Positions 1 to 13,101 are shown, counted from the first letter of the stretch. The stretch is 64,000 nt of DNA from Chiloscyllium plagiosum (GCF_004010195.1 NC_057718.1:67296588-67360587), one strand, 5' to 3'. Program-made: numbers and translations. The notes: generated by a model not told the origin, from the letters alone.

Positions 1-84
1 GACAGCTCTGTACCATCCATTCCCCCAATAGTCAGGCAGAAAGAGCTGTCCAACCTTTGAAGACAGGCTTAAGGAAACAGCCTA

Positions 85-209
85 GGTGAAAGTGAGCAGA
101 TGCTGGAGATTAGAGTCAAGATTAGAGTGGTGCTTGAAATACACAGCAGGTCAGGCAGCATCCGAGGAGCAGGAAAATCAATGTTTCGGGCAGAAGCCCT
201 TCATCAGGA
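85..209 (-). mobile_element. Short PLE-derived element with hammerhead motif
   Basis: Flanked by the 14-bp direct repeat AAGGAAACAGCCTA (71-84, 210-223). Minus strand reads CTGATGAAGGGCTTCTGCCCGAAACATT. Confidence 0.85.
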
Positions 210-275
210 AAGGAAACAGCCTACAGCTTCACTAGATACCAAACTGTCCCAGTTTCTATTCATTATAGGACCACC

Positions 276-494
276 GTTGAAAATGTGTTGCTGGAAAAGC
301 ACAGCAGGTCAGGCAGCATCCAAGGAGCAGGAGAATCGACGTTTCGGGCATGAGCCCTTCTTTAGGTTCCTGAAGAAGGGCTCATGCCCGAAACATTGAT
401 TCTCCTGCTCCTTGGATGCTGCCTGACCTGCTGCGCTTTTCCAGCAACACATTTTCAGCTCTGATCTCCAGCATCTGCAGTCCTTGCTTTCTCC
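276..494. mobile_element. Inverted pair of short PLE-derived elements
   Basis: Two copies in opposite orientation meet at ~365. 15-bp TSD CATTATAGGACCACC at 261-275 and 495-509. Confidence 0.88.
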
Positions 495-1128
495 CATTAT
501 AGGACCACCCCCAAGCAACTACAGGGACAGCTCTAGCAGAGTTGCTAAAGGGGAGGAGACTCCATGCCAGGTTAAGTCTGATTTTCACTGACTTGGGCAG
601 AGGGTGAAATGGCCTCAGGAGTGCCAATGCTGGACACAAAACGTTGCTAAGCAACAGAGACAGTTTACTTCAGGGGACAAAGTCTGGTTTTGGAACCACA
701 GGAATGGCCCTGTACGGGTTAGGAGGCATGGTTGATGCAAGGTCAGGTCCAGTGATATATAAAGTTTAGGTTGGTGGGTGATTATCGTGAACAAGCACAT
801 GGGCCATATGAAAGCTGCAAACTCGCAAACGTTGCTGGAGCAAAACGTGCCCAGCTCTTCGACTGCTTTTCCGACTGTTCCGTAACCCCTGAGTTTTCCC
901 TGTCCATCAAACATCAAAGATAACTCAGAATCTAAGGTGCAACCGGCAAATGTGGCCATGTGATTGAATTTCTTCCAAGATGTTCCAGGCGCAAGAGGTG
1001 AGTAATTGTGCATCACATGCCACCCGTATCAGAGGCAGTGTTGGAGGAGCCTGACTCAATGCTAAAACGCCCCAGGAAGAGCTAAAAAAGTGACCTGGCC
1101 TATGCCCTGGGACTCAGAGGGGGAGGGA

Positions 1129-1355
1129 TACAGTGATTGTAACAAGGTCAACCATGTGGACATTATAGAATGAGTTCCCTGATTGGAGCTATTAATCTGG
1201 GTCAATCAGGAAGCCCTGGCTGCTAGATAAAAGCAGAAGTGTCAAACATCCTGTTCACTCTGAGAGAGCTGGATCAGTGTCAAGGACTGTCCATGTATAA
1301 ATAAAGGCTAACTTGGTGATGAGATACCGATGAGATACTCTATTGAATTATTTCA
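1129..1355 (+). mobile_element. 3' LTR of the Gypsy element
   Basis: Follows the polypurine tract, contains AATAAA (~1300) and ends ...TTATTTCA. Confidence 0.6.
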
Positions 1356-1859
1356 CCTACAAATTGGTTTTCTCATTAATTAGTAAGAGCAATTCATTAA
1401 TTAGTAAGAGTATTTCATTATTTAAGAGTTAATTAACAATAAATACAATGACTGCTGGATGTTCCAGACTACAGGAATGGAGCAAGCTCAGTCAGAGCGG
1501 GAGATGAACAGATTGAGCTCAGTCGGAGTAGGGGATGAAAGGGAGGAACTTTCACTGAATCCAGAGGCAGAGCTCTTGAGGTGTCCATGACTGCTAAAAG
1601 TGATGCAGGACGAGAGGTTTGGATACTTGGTAACCAGCTTTTAGGGACTTAAGAGTTGTACCAGGCAGGAGACAGTGTAGAGTCCTTATTTTTGCAATGT
1701 GTAGTTTATTAAGAATACAGAGAAAGAGAGATAGAGTGAGAAATCTGATTTGGTGAATAGTGGGTAAGGTTGAACAATTTGTTCCTAGTTTACTCTTTGG
1801 AGTTGGTGAGAATCCCAATAGCAGGAGAATGCTGCCATTGGTCCGAGGGCATTCAAGTC

Positions 1860-3883
1860 AGGTGACCACTGACCTGTGCAGGACATCTAGGTATGATCTT
1901 CACAATGCCATCAGGAAGGGCAAGAGACAATACCAGACTAAACTAGAGTCCCAGACTAAACATACAAAAACACCTTGATTGTGACAAGGCTTACACAATA
2001 TAATGAGCTACAAAACAAAGTCAGGTAGAATTCCTGGCAACAATGCATCCGTCCCTGATGAGCTCAATGCATTCTATGCTCATTTTGAACAGAAAGTCAG
2101 TGAAATTATGTCACCTGTCCTGACAGCCCCGGGTGCACCTATACCACAGTCAGACCACAGACCTCAGATCGGCCTTCTTGAGGGTGAACTCACGGGAAGT
2201 GAACAGCCCGGATGGAGTCCCCAACCATGCACTCAGATCCTGTGTGAACCAGCTGGCTGGAGTATTTGCAGACATATTTAATCTCTGCTTACTACAATGT
2301 GAGGTTCCCACCTGCTTCAAAAAGACCAATATTAACCCAGTGTCAAAGAAAAATCAGGCAACGTGATTTAATGACTACCGTCCAGTGACTAGCATCCATT
2401 CTTATAAAGTGCTTCAAGAGGTTAGCCATGGCGCACATCAATTCCAGCCTCCCAGACTGCCTCGATTCGCTACAATTCACCTAGTGTAACAATAGGTCCA
2501 CGGTAGATGCCATTTGGCCCTACACTCATCGCTGAACATTTGGAAAACAAGGACACTTGCATCGGACTCCAATTTTTTGGCTTTAGCTCTGCCTTCAGCA
2601 ACCAAACTAATTCCAACCAAACTAATCTCCAAACTCCAAGACACAGAACTCTGCTCCCCATTTTGCAACTTGATCCTCGAATTCCTGACCCACAGACCGC
2701 AATCAGTAAAGCTGGTGACAACACTTCCTCCACAATAATCCTCAACACCAGTGCCCACAAGGCTGCGTACCCAGCCCCTTACTATACTCCTAATACACTC
2801 ACAACTGCATAGCTAAATTCAGCTCTAATTTTATTTACAAATTTGCTGATGACAACACCATAGTGGGTCGGATTTAAAGAACGACAAAACAGAGTGTAGG
2901 AAGGAGATAGACAGCTTAATGGCATGATGTAAAGACAGCAATCTCTCTCTCTCTCAGTGACAGTAAAATGAAAGAGCTGCTCATTGACTTCAGGAAGTGG
3001 ATTGGAGGACACACCTCTTTCTATATCAATGGTTCTGAGGTCGAGAGCTTCAAGTTCCTAGGAGTAAATATCACCAATAATCTATTCTGATCCATTCACG
3101 CCAATGCTGCAGTCAAGAAAGCACACCAATGCTCTACTACCTCAGAAGACTAAGGAAATTCAGCCTGTCCACAATGACTCAATTTTAATAGATACACCAT
3201 AGAAAGCATCTTATCCGGAAGCATCCATCCGGAAGTATGGCAACTGCTCTGACCAAGACCGCAAGAAATTATAGAGAGCTGTGAACAGTCTTCCTTCCAT
3301 TGACTCCGTCTACACTACTTCAGGAGAAACAGCCAACATAACCAAAGTCCTCTCCCACCCCAGTTATACTCACTTCCACTCTCTTTCATTGGGTAAAAGA
3401 TACAGAAGTTTGAAAACATGTACCAACAGTTTTAAGAATAGCTTCTTCCCCTCTGTTAACAGACTTATGAGTGGAGTCCCCATATATTAGAGTTAATCTT
3501 TCTTTGCAACCTTTGTGTAGCTAAGACACTATATTCTGTAACAAAAATAGAAATTGCTGGAAAAGCTCAGCAGGTCTGGCAGCATCTGTGGAGAAATCAG
3601 AGTTAACGTTTCGGGTGCAGTGACTTTTCATCATAACTGGATCGAAAATGTAATCTCTGATTTCCCTCCACAGATGCTGCTAGACCTGGTGAGCTTTTCC
3701 AGCAATTTCTGTTTTTGTTACTGATTTCTAGCATCCGCAGTTCTTCCAGCTTTTATACACTACCTTCTGCACTTTGTTCTATTACCCTGATGTACCTATG
3801 GAAGGTATGATTTATCTGGCTAGCATGCAAAACAATACTTCTCATTATATCTCAGTACATGTGACAACAAATAAATCAAATCA
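1860..3883 (+). mobile_element. Rex1/Babar-type LINE, 5'-truncated and decayed RT
   Basis: ORF fragments PDELNAFYAHFE, PDGVPNHALRSCVNQLAGVFADIFNL..VPTCFKKTNINPV and KFADD (~2840). 3' end GTACATGTGACAACAAATAAATCAAATCA. Confidence 0.8.
3540..3755. mobile_element. Inverted pair of a second short PLE-derived family
   Basis: GAAATTGCTGGAAAAGCTCAGCAGGTC and its reverse complement. Degenerate flanking repeat ACACTATATTCTG/ACACTACCTTCTG. A related copy lies at 20330-20493. Confidence 0.7.
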
Positions 3884-3889
3884 TTGGAA

Positions 3890-6527
3890 TGCCCCGCCTG
3901 CAACATTTGGGAAATCAGAGACATTTCCAGTGTATATAGAAAGTGCTTCAGCTGCAGCTCCTAATTGACCACATCGAGCAGCTGGAGTTGTGGATAGCAC
4001 TTTGAATGAGTTTACTTTCACTGGCAGAAAAGCATTGGATGACCACCAGGAAGAGTACTACGTGTGGGCAGATACTGCAGGAGTCCCCTGTGGCTATCTC
4101 CCTCTCTAACAGATACACTGTGTTGAATATTGACAGGGTGAATGTCCTCTCAGTGGAAAGGAGCAACAGCCAAGTTTGTGGCACCATGGTGGCTCTGCTG
4201 CACAGCAGAGGAGGAATAAGACTGGGTAAGCTTTAGTGATAAGGACTCAATTGTAAGGGGAACTGACATTCGGGTCTGTAGCTGCAAATGAAACTGTTGT
4301 GTGATATGTTGCCTCCCTGGTGCCAGGGTTGGGGATGCCTTAGTGTGGCTGCAGGGCAAGGGGGAGAGTGAACAGCCAACAGTCGTGGTGCATGTCAGTA
4401 TCAATGAAGTGGGTACAATAAGAAATGAGGTCGTGCAACAGGAATTTAGGGAGTTACATAGTAGATTGAAGAGGAGGAGTACTGAGGTTGTAATCTCCAG
4501 AGTACCATGTGCTACCGAGTATAGGAATAGGAAGGTAGATCAGATGAACACATGACTAAAGCGTTGGTGTTAGAGGGAGGGTATTTGATTTCTGGATCAT
4601 TGGTATAGAAGTTGCATGGATTGCATCTGAAACAGAATGGGTCCAATATCCATGCTGGGAGGTTTGCTCGTGCTGCTGGGAAGGTTTGTAAATGATTTTG
4701 TAGAGGGATGGAGCACAGAGCAGATGTAAAGACAGGACCAAGATCTAATCAGATATAGAAAGAATGTTAGGACAGTCCATCAGGCAAGAGGATATGAGCA
4801 TAATAAGATACATTGGAGGAGCAGAAAGTAAAATTAATGCAAGAAGTCTGACTTGTAAGGCAGAAGAGCTTAGAGCATTGATCAGCTTGTGGAAATATAA
4901 TGTTGCAATCACTGAGACATGGTTGAAGGAAGAATCAGACTGGCAGCTCCAAATTCCAAGATATAGCAGTTTCAGGCTTGATAAGGGGGGGATGTAGGAG
5001 AGACGGGGCATTGCACCATTGATAAAGGGGAGCATCACTGCAGTAATGATAGAGGATATCCTAGGCTCTTCAAATGAGGGCGACTAGATATAACTAAAAA
5101 GGGGTGATTACTTTGATAGGATTATACTGTAGGCCTCTTAACAGTCAGAGGGAGAGAGGAGAGCAGAAATATGGCCAAATCACAGAGAGGTGTGAGAGGA
5201 ATAACATTATAATAGTAGGTAACTAAGATCACCTTAGGCTAAAAGGATTGGGCAGGATGGAATTTTTAAGGTGCAGCCAGGGGAGCTTTTCATGCCAGAA
5301 TGTAAACCGTCCTTCTAGAGATAGGGCAGTACTAGAGAATGAAGCTAGCCAAGTAGTTGAAGTTTCAGTGGGCGAGCATTTTGGGGATCGTGACCATAAC
5401 TCATAAGTATTAAAGTCATTATGGATAGGGACAAGGATAGTGCAGAAGTTATGTGTCTAAATTGGGGAAAGGACAATTTCAGTCTCATTAGACAGGATCT
5501 GGCAAATATAGACTGGGAGCAGCTATTTGCAAGTAAGTCTATATTTGGAAAATAGGAGTCTTTTAAAAGAACTATAGTGAAAGTTCAGGTCCAGTATATT
5601 CCTCTCAGAACAAAGGTAGCAAATGAAGGGAACCTCAGATGTCAAGTGATATTATAAGTTTGATAAAGAAAAAGAAGGAAGCGTTAGGTGCACAGTGTTA
5701 AAAACAAGGGAGACCCTAAAGCATTATAGAGAGGGTATGAGTACTGAAAAAGAAATGAGGAGGGCAAAGAGGGACCACAAAATATCTTTGACATTTAGAT
5801 TAAGGAAAATCCCAAGGCTTTTCATAAATATATTAAGAGCAAGAGGATTATCAGGGAAACTGTGGCACCTAGGATATAGCAAACACAGAGGGCGGATGGT
5901 GGCTCAATGGTTGGTGCTGTTGCCTCACAACACCAGGAGCCTGAGTTTGATTCCCACCTCGGGCAACTGTCTGTGTGGAGTTTGCACATTCTCCCCTTGT
6001 CTGCGTGGGTTTCCTCCGCATACTCTGGTTTCCTCCCACAGTCCAAAGATGTGAAAGCCAGATGAATTGGCTGTGCTAAATTGCCCACACTGTTAGGGGC
6101 ATTAGTCAGGGGTAAACATAGGGTTACCCTGGATGGGTTACCCTTCAGAAGGTCAGTGTGGACTTGTTGGGCTGAAGGACCTGTTTCCATACTGTAGGGA
6201 ATCTAATCTAATCTATTAGAGACAAGGGACAACTTGTGCGTGGAGCCAGATGATATAGGTGTGGATTTAATGAATATTCCTCATCTATTTCCACAAAGGA
6301 AAAAGATAGTGTAGCTGATGATTTCAGTTGTAATGGTAAGGTTCCAGAACATGTTAAGATTAATAAAGAGGAAATATTAATTGTTTAAGTGAGCATAATG
6401 GTGCATAAATACCCAGAGCCTGGTGAGATGCTATGGGAGGAGATTGCTAAGATATTTAATATTTTACTGGCCTCAGATGAAATGGCAGATAACTACAGGA
6501 CAGTTAACGTGGTTCCTTTATTCAAGA
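3890..6527 (+). mobile_element. CR1 LINE, decayed ORF1 (SGNH esterase) and ORF2 endonuclease region
   Basis: DSIVRGTD...CCLPGARV..EQPTVVVHVSINEVG (esterase-like), then NARSL..KAEEL...VAITETWL (APE endonuclease) and HFGDRDHN. Many stops and frameshifts. Confidence 0.85.
5889..6214 (+). mobile_element. HE1-type tRNA-derived SINE
   Basis: A-box-like GGTGGCTCAATGG, B-box-like GAGTTTGATTCC, core TGTGTGGAGTTTGCACATTCTCCCC and a (TCTAA)n tail. Confidence 0.85.
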
Positions 6528-6927
6528 AATGCAGCATTTTAAGTCCAGATGCTACTTAAATATTGCGAGAGTACCTGCCTCCAACATCCTCTTAGGTAGC
6601 GTATTCCTATTAGATAATGTGAAATACAGTTATCATGAAATAAAATATTACAGTTACTCAAAATTCAAAATAAGAACAAAAAGTGCGAGAAAAATTCAAA
6701 AGGTCTGGCAGCATGTATGTGATGGAACAATCCTAGATTCATCTACCACATTTATGTTATGATTCTGGATGACATGACCAAATTATGTTCCAATCTGGTT
6801 AAGTGCCAGAAATTTTTATTGTTAAATTAAACAAAAAGATCCAGGGGACAGATTGAGAGAATAAAACCACAGGTTTCCATTGTTTTGAATAAACACCCAA
6901 GCCAGAATTATACAGGGACTTGAATAT

Positions 6928-7650
6928 TTTAAAAATTTATTTTGTGGAATGTAGGTGTGGCTGGCCGGCCAGCATTTATTGTCCATCCCCAGTTGGCCAT
7001 AAGAAGGTGATGATGAGCTGCCATCTTAAACTGCTGCAGTCCACCTGCCGTGGGTTGACCTACAATGCCATTTGGGAGGAAATTCCAGGAATTTGACCCA
7101 GTGCCAGTGAAGAAACGGCAATAGATTTCCAAGTCAGGATGATGAGTGGCTTGGAGGGGAACTTGAAGGTGGTGGTGTTCTCATTTCTAAGTCCTTCTAA
7201 ATCAGAAGTCATACCATGCCAGATTATAATCCAACAGGTTTATTTGAAAGCACAAGCTTGTGATTTTAAATAAATCTGCTGGACTATAACCTGGTGTCAT
7301 GTGACTTCTGACTTTGCCCACTCCAGTTTAACATCGCACCCCCACATCTTGTCCCTCTAGATGGAAGTGATCATAGGTTTGAAAAGTGCTGTTTAAGAAT
7401 CTTTTGTGGATTTCTGCAGTGCATCTTGTAGAAAGTACACACTGCTGGGACTGAGTATCAATGGTGAAGGGAATGGATGCTTATGGATGTAGTGTCAATC
7501 AAGCCAGCCGCTTTGTCCTGGATGGTGTCAAGCCTCTTGAGTGTATTGGGGCTACAATCATCCAGGCAAGTAGGGAGTATTCTATTGCACTCCTGATGTG
7601 GTCAGGCTTTGGAGAGTCAGGAGGTGAGGAGGTAATGTGGGCTATGGTGA
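6928..7650 (-). mobile_element. 3' end of a CR1/L2-type LINE
   Basis: Shares its 3' tail with 24790-25935, 32395-32870 and the SINE at 37520-37880. Confidence 0.6.
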
Positions 7651-8469
7651 GAAATATGGTAGAATCCCATGAGAAATCCATAGTCTGGGGTCAGGGTGGA
7701 CAGCTCTAATTTAAAGCTGATTTTTTTTCCCTGAGAATTTGTACTTAAGAATCTGTACCTAGGTACCTTTGTACCAAAGATGGCACTGTAAAAGGGAAAT
7801 GTGTAAACTTTTCACTGTATTCATTTGAGTACATGGGACAATAAAGCTAATACTATTTCTATTTCTAATTCTAATGTAAAACTTATTTCTACCACTTAGA
7901 ACTAACATGTGGTAAACATGGCAATAGGATGTGTTAAATACATTACAATGTATGAGGTAGCAAATGGGATCAAGACAGATCCCACAGATTTTTCAGCAAC
8001 ATGATGGGTCATCAAATTTTACTAAACTTCAACAAGAGATTACAATTCTTCACTTTTACTGATCTGGCCCTTTTAAGAGACTCTCCATCATGAATCGCCT
8101 TTCGCTCTTGCTTTGGTTGATTAATGGCTAATGGTACAATTCCAATTCAGGTATGTACAGGGATCAAACTGTTAGTGGTGAAGGAATGCTAACCCTTAAT
8201 TTTGACCTACAAATACAAGACAGTTTCTATCTCTGCAGAAGAGAACAAGGTCTGCAGGTGAATGGGAAACCTAATCACAGTTGTATGATGCAAGAGATTA
8301 TTCACGTTGGAAGAGTGAAAAAAAATGTAATAACAATAAATGACAAGTTAGTCCGAGAGGTAGGTACTACTGACCAGAATGGTGTATCATTTGTGCCAGA
8401 ATTAAGAACATTTCCTCAAGGCTGGAGAAAAAAACTGGAGTGGGACGGACAGAATCTATTTGTCATGAT

Positions 8470-9262
8470 CCACATAGGAATTAATAAAATAGGTATACCT
8501 GGCAATGAGGCACTGCTGAGAGAATTTGAGGTGTCAGGAGCCAAAATAAAAAGGAAAATGTGAAAAGGAATTCTCCACAAAACATATGAGCAGAAGTAGG
8601 CGAAAGTGGGTACTGCAGATGATGGAGATTAGAGTCAAGATTAGAGTGGTGCTGGAAAAGCACAATGGGTCAGGCAGCATCCAAAGAGCAGGGAAATTGG
8701 CGTTTTGGGCAAAAGCCCTTCATTAGGAGCAGAAGTAGGCTATTCGGCCCATTCAGTATGCCATTTGTTACCTGTTTACCAATCAAGGAGTTAGATGCAT
8801 TTGTAATAAAGATAACATAGTAGTCATGCAATATGTTAATGATTAGACTACTTACAGTGTGGAAACAGGCCCTTCGGCCCAACAAGTCCACACCAACCCA
8901 CAACCCACCCATACCCTTGCACCTTATACTATGGGCAATTTAGCATGGCCAATTCACCAGGTAACAAATGGCATACTGAATGGGCCGAATAGCCTACTTC
9001 TGCTCCTGATGAAGGGCTTTTGCCCAAAACGCCAATTTCCCTGCTCTTCGGATGCTGCCTGACCCACTGTGCTTTTCCAGCACCACTCTAATCTTGACTC
9101 TAATCTCCATCATCTGCAGTACCCACTTTCGCCTACTTCTGCTCATATGTTTTGTGGAGAATTCCTTTTCACATTTTCCTTTTTGTTTTGGCTCATGACA
9201 CCTCAAATTCTCTCAGCAGTGCCTCATTGCCAGGTATACCTATTTTATTAATTCCTATGTGG
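8470..9262. repeat. 305-bp inverted duplication (8470-8774 and 8958-9262)
   Basis: Direct reverse-complement comparison shows about 5 substitutions and a 183-bp spacer. Confidence 0.95.
8602..8726 (-). mobile_element. Short PLE-derived element
   Basis: 14-bp TSD GAGCAGAAGTAGGC at 8588-8601 and 8727-8740. Confidence 0.85.
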
Positions 9263-9401
9263 GAGGAAACTGGAGGAACCCCACGCAGACACGGGGAGAA
9301 TGTGCAAACTCCACACAGTCAGTCGCCTGAGGCGGGAATTGAATCCGAGTCTCTAGCGCTGTGAGGCAATAGTGCTAACCACTGTGCCACCGTGCCGCCC
9401 A
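8843..9401 (-). mobile_element. HE1-type SINE interrupted by an inverted copy of its flank
   Basis: SINE tail at 8843-8957 and head at 9263-9401 (reverse complement GGGCGGCACGGTGGCACAGTGGTTAGCAC). Confidence 0.88.
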
Positions 9402-11768
9402 CCAATGTTCATTGTTAATGTTAATGTTCATACTGACTGGAAAAACATAACTTGGAAGTGTGTCTAGTCATAGAATTTATAGAAAATAAATTTCTAGGTC
9501 ACTATGCAAGGAACATACAAGAAAAACATCTACTTTAGATCTAGGATTGTGCAAATAAGGTGAAAAAGGTAATTAATAATATCCATTGTACAAGAATCTC
9601 AAAGAATCGTCATAGATTGGGAACATTATTTATAAAGTATGAAACTGCTTTAGGTAAACCAGAAACAACAGTTTTAAATCCAAACAAAGCAAAGTACATA
9701 AGATTGAGAGGCTAGCTGGCTAAGGAATGTTGGGAAACTACATTAAAAGGTATGATAGTAAATGGATAATTTCTAGGATTTAAAGAACTAATATACAATA
9801 AATATGCATTCTTCCATAGCTCAAAAAAACACCCACAGAAAAGTGGTCTAACCATCTTGAACAAAAGCTGTTAAAGAAGATATTACATCAAAGAAGAGGA
9901 TTATAACATTGCCAAAAAAAATCAGAAGCCATAGATCATAAGGACTATGGAAGACCAAGAAATCAATAAGGAAAGAGAAATGAGATTTGACAGTAGACTA
10001 GCAAGAGATATAAAAGAACATTTCTATAGATACAAAAATTGTAACAGGTTAACAAAAGTAAATGTGGACCCATTGAAACTATAACATGAATGAAGAGTTC
10101 TGCAGACATTAAACCAGTACTTTGTCTTCACAGTGGGAGGCATAAATGGCATTGTAGAAATAATCAAAAATCAAGAGTGTCGTGGGAATGAGGAATTTAA
10201 AGAAGTCAGCATCAGTAAAGAAATATTATAGGATCTATGTGCAAGTCTGTCTGCATGCTCCCTTGAAAGTCAAGGGCCAACCATTAAGCTGAGGTAGCAC
10301 TCAGCAGGAGCACTACGTTAGATGAAAGCATCAAGATCTAAGTTCTGAAGTCCAAAAGCATTCATCTGATTAGCGGTCGATAATTGGTTGGTGAGTTTGA
10401 AGTTTCCCTGTCTTCTCTGAAGTAGGGCAGCAATCAAACTTGGTCCAGGAAAGTAGAGTGTTGTATTACATTCATCATTTATCTATTAAACTACTTCATG
10501 TAAGTACAAATAGTCATTTAATAAATACTTTGATTAAATAAAATAAGAATAGTCACAGAATCACAGAATTGTGACAGTACCACCTTGTGGACACCTTGTC
10601 ACCTTTTTAGGAAATAAAGTTTCAACTTAAAACAACAAAAGCCTAATCCAGGTACCGGATATCAGTCAGAAGACGCGCATTGGGAGCCATACCCCTGTCC
10701 TTACTTTCGTGGCCCTGCTCCCTCTCCCCATGACCACACACAAGAAAGTTCATCCCATTGGTTGGTCAACAACTCTTGCTGGCCAGGGATTCTGCCCCAT
10801 TTTGATTCTAGTGAACACCCACCAGTGTTCATGCCACTGCCTGATTGGCATAGGGCATGCATTCAGTGGGCTTCCTTAGACAAGGCAGCCTTGAAGTTTT
10901 GCATGCTCTGCAGCTGCATGCCAGATCCAAAACACCTGAACAAAGTTCCACCATGATCAGAATAAAGGTCTAAATAAAATGTAGGATCCAGAAGTACCAA
11001 TCGCTGGAATAATTCTCAGCACATGCAAATTGGCATAGGAGGAGATAGATCAGATGAATGAATACATACCTAAAGAGCTAGCCCAGAACTTTCCCATTTC
11101 AAATTAGACAGAAATGATCGTGGAATGGCAAAAAGAATTGCCACTGAGCAACACAGCCCAGCATCCCACTTCTATTTCTGCTCGATGCCATTTTTCCAAG
11201 GGTGGGAAATGTGAATAATCCTGTTCCTATTAAGGAATTAATTTACACAGTGGTAATTTAATTCAGAGTCCATTTTCAAAACAGTTTTGGATATTATTTG
11301 AGGCAACCAAGGCTCAGCAGCTGTAATGTATCAGTGCAGCTGCACAATGGTGGGGTGAGTTTACATAGTATTTTAAGTACTTTCAATTGTATTTGTGTTT
11401 GAAATTTAGACATCTGATGAGATTAGTGATTTAGATATCAAATTGTTTATTCGGGGGAATTTATGGATTCTTGGATGCAATCCAGCTCTTCAATGTCAGC
11501 ATGAACATTGTCAAGTGTTTATTACCATCTAAGTGTTTTTACCTTAACTCCTAACTGCCAAAGTCGCTTTCAGATCCACCTCTAGCCAATTATTGCCCTA
11601 AGGGCTGCAAAATCATGCTCTTTGGAGGCCTAAAGCTGGAAGTGAAAGTGCAAAAATAGCTCAGCCTTGATTCCCAGTTCCCACCAGCCATGGAAAATGT
11701 AATTCCTTAATGTGGAAAAGCGGCTTCCTTTTCTGTGATGTAGGTACCAATTCTGAGATAGAGAGGGG

Positions 11769-12600
11769 TGTAATGATGAGATGACCTTCTCCTGAATCAG
11801 AATGAAATCTGTGTCCTGCTAGAAAGTTTAAATAGGGCGGTCAAAAAGACTTGAAACTAGTCATGGGAAAGAGGGATCTATGAAAAATGTAGCATTTAAG
11901 GATTTTAACATTCATTTAGGACATTTTAGATATCACTGAAACACATTTCCAGAGTCACAGATAGTTGGAGAAAGAGAAATAGGAAAACCAGGAGTTTTTA
12001 GCTGTCTTGCAGGGAAGAAGACAAGAGCTGTTGAATATTTCTGTACAAAGAATGATCAAAAGATGTAATGGAGAGCTGAAGAAACAGAGAGTTTCTGTGT
12101 TGGGGAAGACTTGAGGAGCTCGGTAGAAGAATGTGAGTATTAATATGTAAGTGCAGCTGCATATGGATGTTTAAAAATCCATTAGAAGCATTTGCTTCAT
12201 AAAACTGAATAAGTTTAGAGATTGGTGAAGCTAGCTGTCTGTGAAAAGCTAGAATCTAAAGGTGGATGGACCCAGGGCCCAGGACAATGATCAACTAGAA
12301 AAGGTACAGTCGTTGAGACAATCTAGGATGGAATGATTCTTCAAAGGGAATTTCAAGGGAAGATCAGAAAAAGTGAACAATTGCAATATCTTGTGAAGTT
12401 TAATAAAATCTAATGACACATTGGGTCTGGGTTTAGGGCTGGTAATTCAAGAAATCCATGTGATCTATCATGAGCACATCTGCTGTTTGATGTACACTTT
12501 AGAGTACTTGATCAGTCTGTAGTTCATGTTTGCCATGTGTTAATTCTGGGTAGATGACAGGGAATGATAGTTCAGAATGGTCATTCAGTGTGTCAGAAAG
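11769..12600 (+). mobile_element. Possible old LTR
   Basis: The purine tract AGATAGAGAGGGG is followed by TGTAATG. The right end cannot be defined. Confidence 0.25.
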
Positions 12601-12684
12601 TCAGAAGTGATTTTCCACAGAATGATGCAAGTCTTACTTTGAAATCGCAAGTACAATTTCTAAATGCACAGATGATATTAAATT

Positions 12685-13015
12685 GGAAGGTCAGGCTGCA
12701 TCCGAAGAGCAGGAGAATCGACGTTTCAGAAATAAGCCCTTCAGCAGGAATGTGGACAGGGAAGGGAGCTGAGAGTTAAGTATGGGGGTGGCGGTGNNNN
12801 NNNNNNNNNNNNNNNNNNNNNNNNNNNNNNNNNNNNNNNNNNNNNNNNNNNNNNNNNNNNNNNNNNNNNNNNNNNNCTGGGATGAGGTGGGAGGCGGGGA
12901 GATTTGGAAACTAATGAAGTCGATGTTGATGCTGTGTGGTTGTAGGGTTCCAAGGTGGACGATGAGGCGCTCTTCCTCCAGTTGTCGGGTAGCTTTGATT
13001 TGGCATTGGAGGACA
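12685..13015 (-). mobile_element. PLE 3' fragment spanning an assembly gap
   Basis: Minus strand ATRQLEEERLIVHLGTLQPHSINIDF matches the C-terminus at 43612-43870. Degenerate hammerhead module at 12716-12750. Confidence 0.75.
12797..12876. other. Assembly gap (80 N)
   Basis: Run of N characters. Confidence 1.
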
Positions 13016-13101
13016 TGTGTCCCAGAGATGTTTATTCCCCAATTGAACTTCCTCCTATTTTTCTCTCATGTACCTCTACTACTATAATCATTTATATTTA
13101 T

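Larger units (their letters stand above)
1..1128 (+). mobile_element. Gypsy LTR retrotransposon, decayed integrase C-terminus and 3' internal region, interrupted by two short PLE-derived inserts
   Basis: With inserts 85-209 and 276-494 removed, manual translation gives ALYHPFPNSQAERAVQPLKTGLRK...KLSQFLF/YRTTPQATTGTALAELLKGRRL, a typical Gypsy integrase segment. Purine tract at ~1116-1128. Confidence 0.85.
8290..10225 (+). mobile_element. Old CR1 remnant (esterase and endonuclease pieces) hosting younger inserts
   Basis: VMIHIGINKIG...EALLREFEV (esterase-like). Degenerate ORF2-like sequence at 9410-10225. Confidence 0.55.

Noticed and set aside
100..518. Recurrent peptides such as VLEKHSRSGSI and CCWKSTAGQAASKEQENR suggesting a gene family
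   Set aside because: They are translations of the non-coding PLE terminal repeat.
1372..1428. Short ~21-bp tandem repeat (TCATTAATTAGTAAGAG)
   Set aside because: It is real but only 2-3 degenerate copies, consistent with ordinary slippage.
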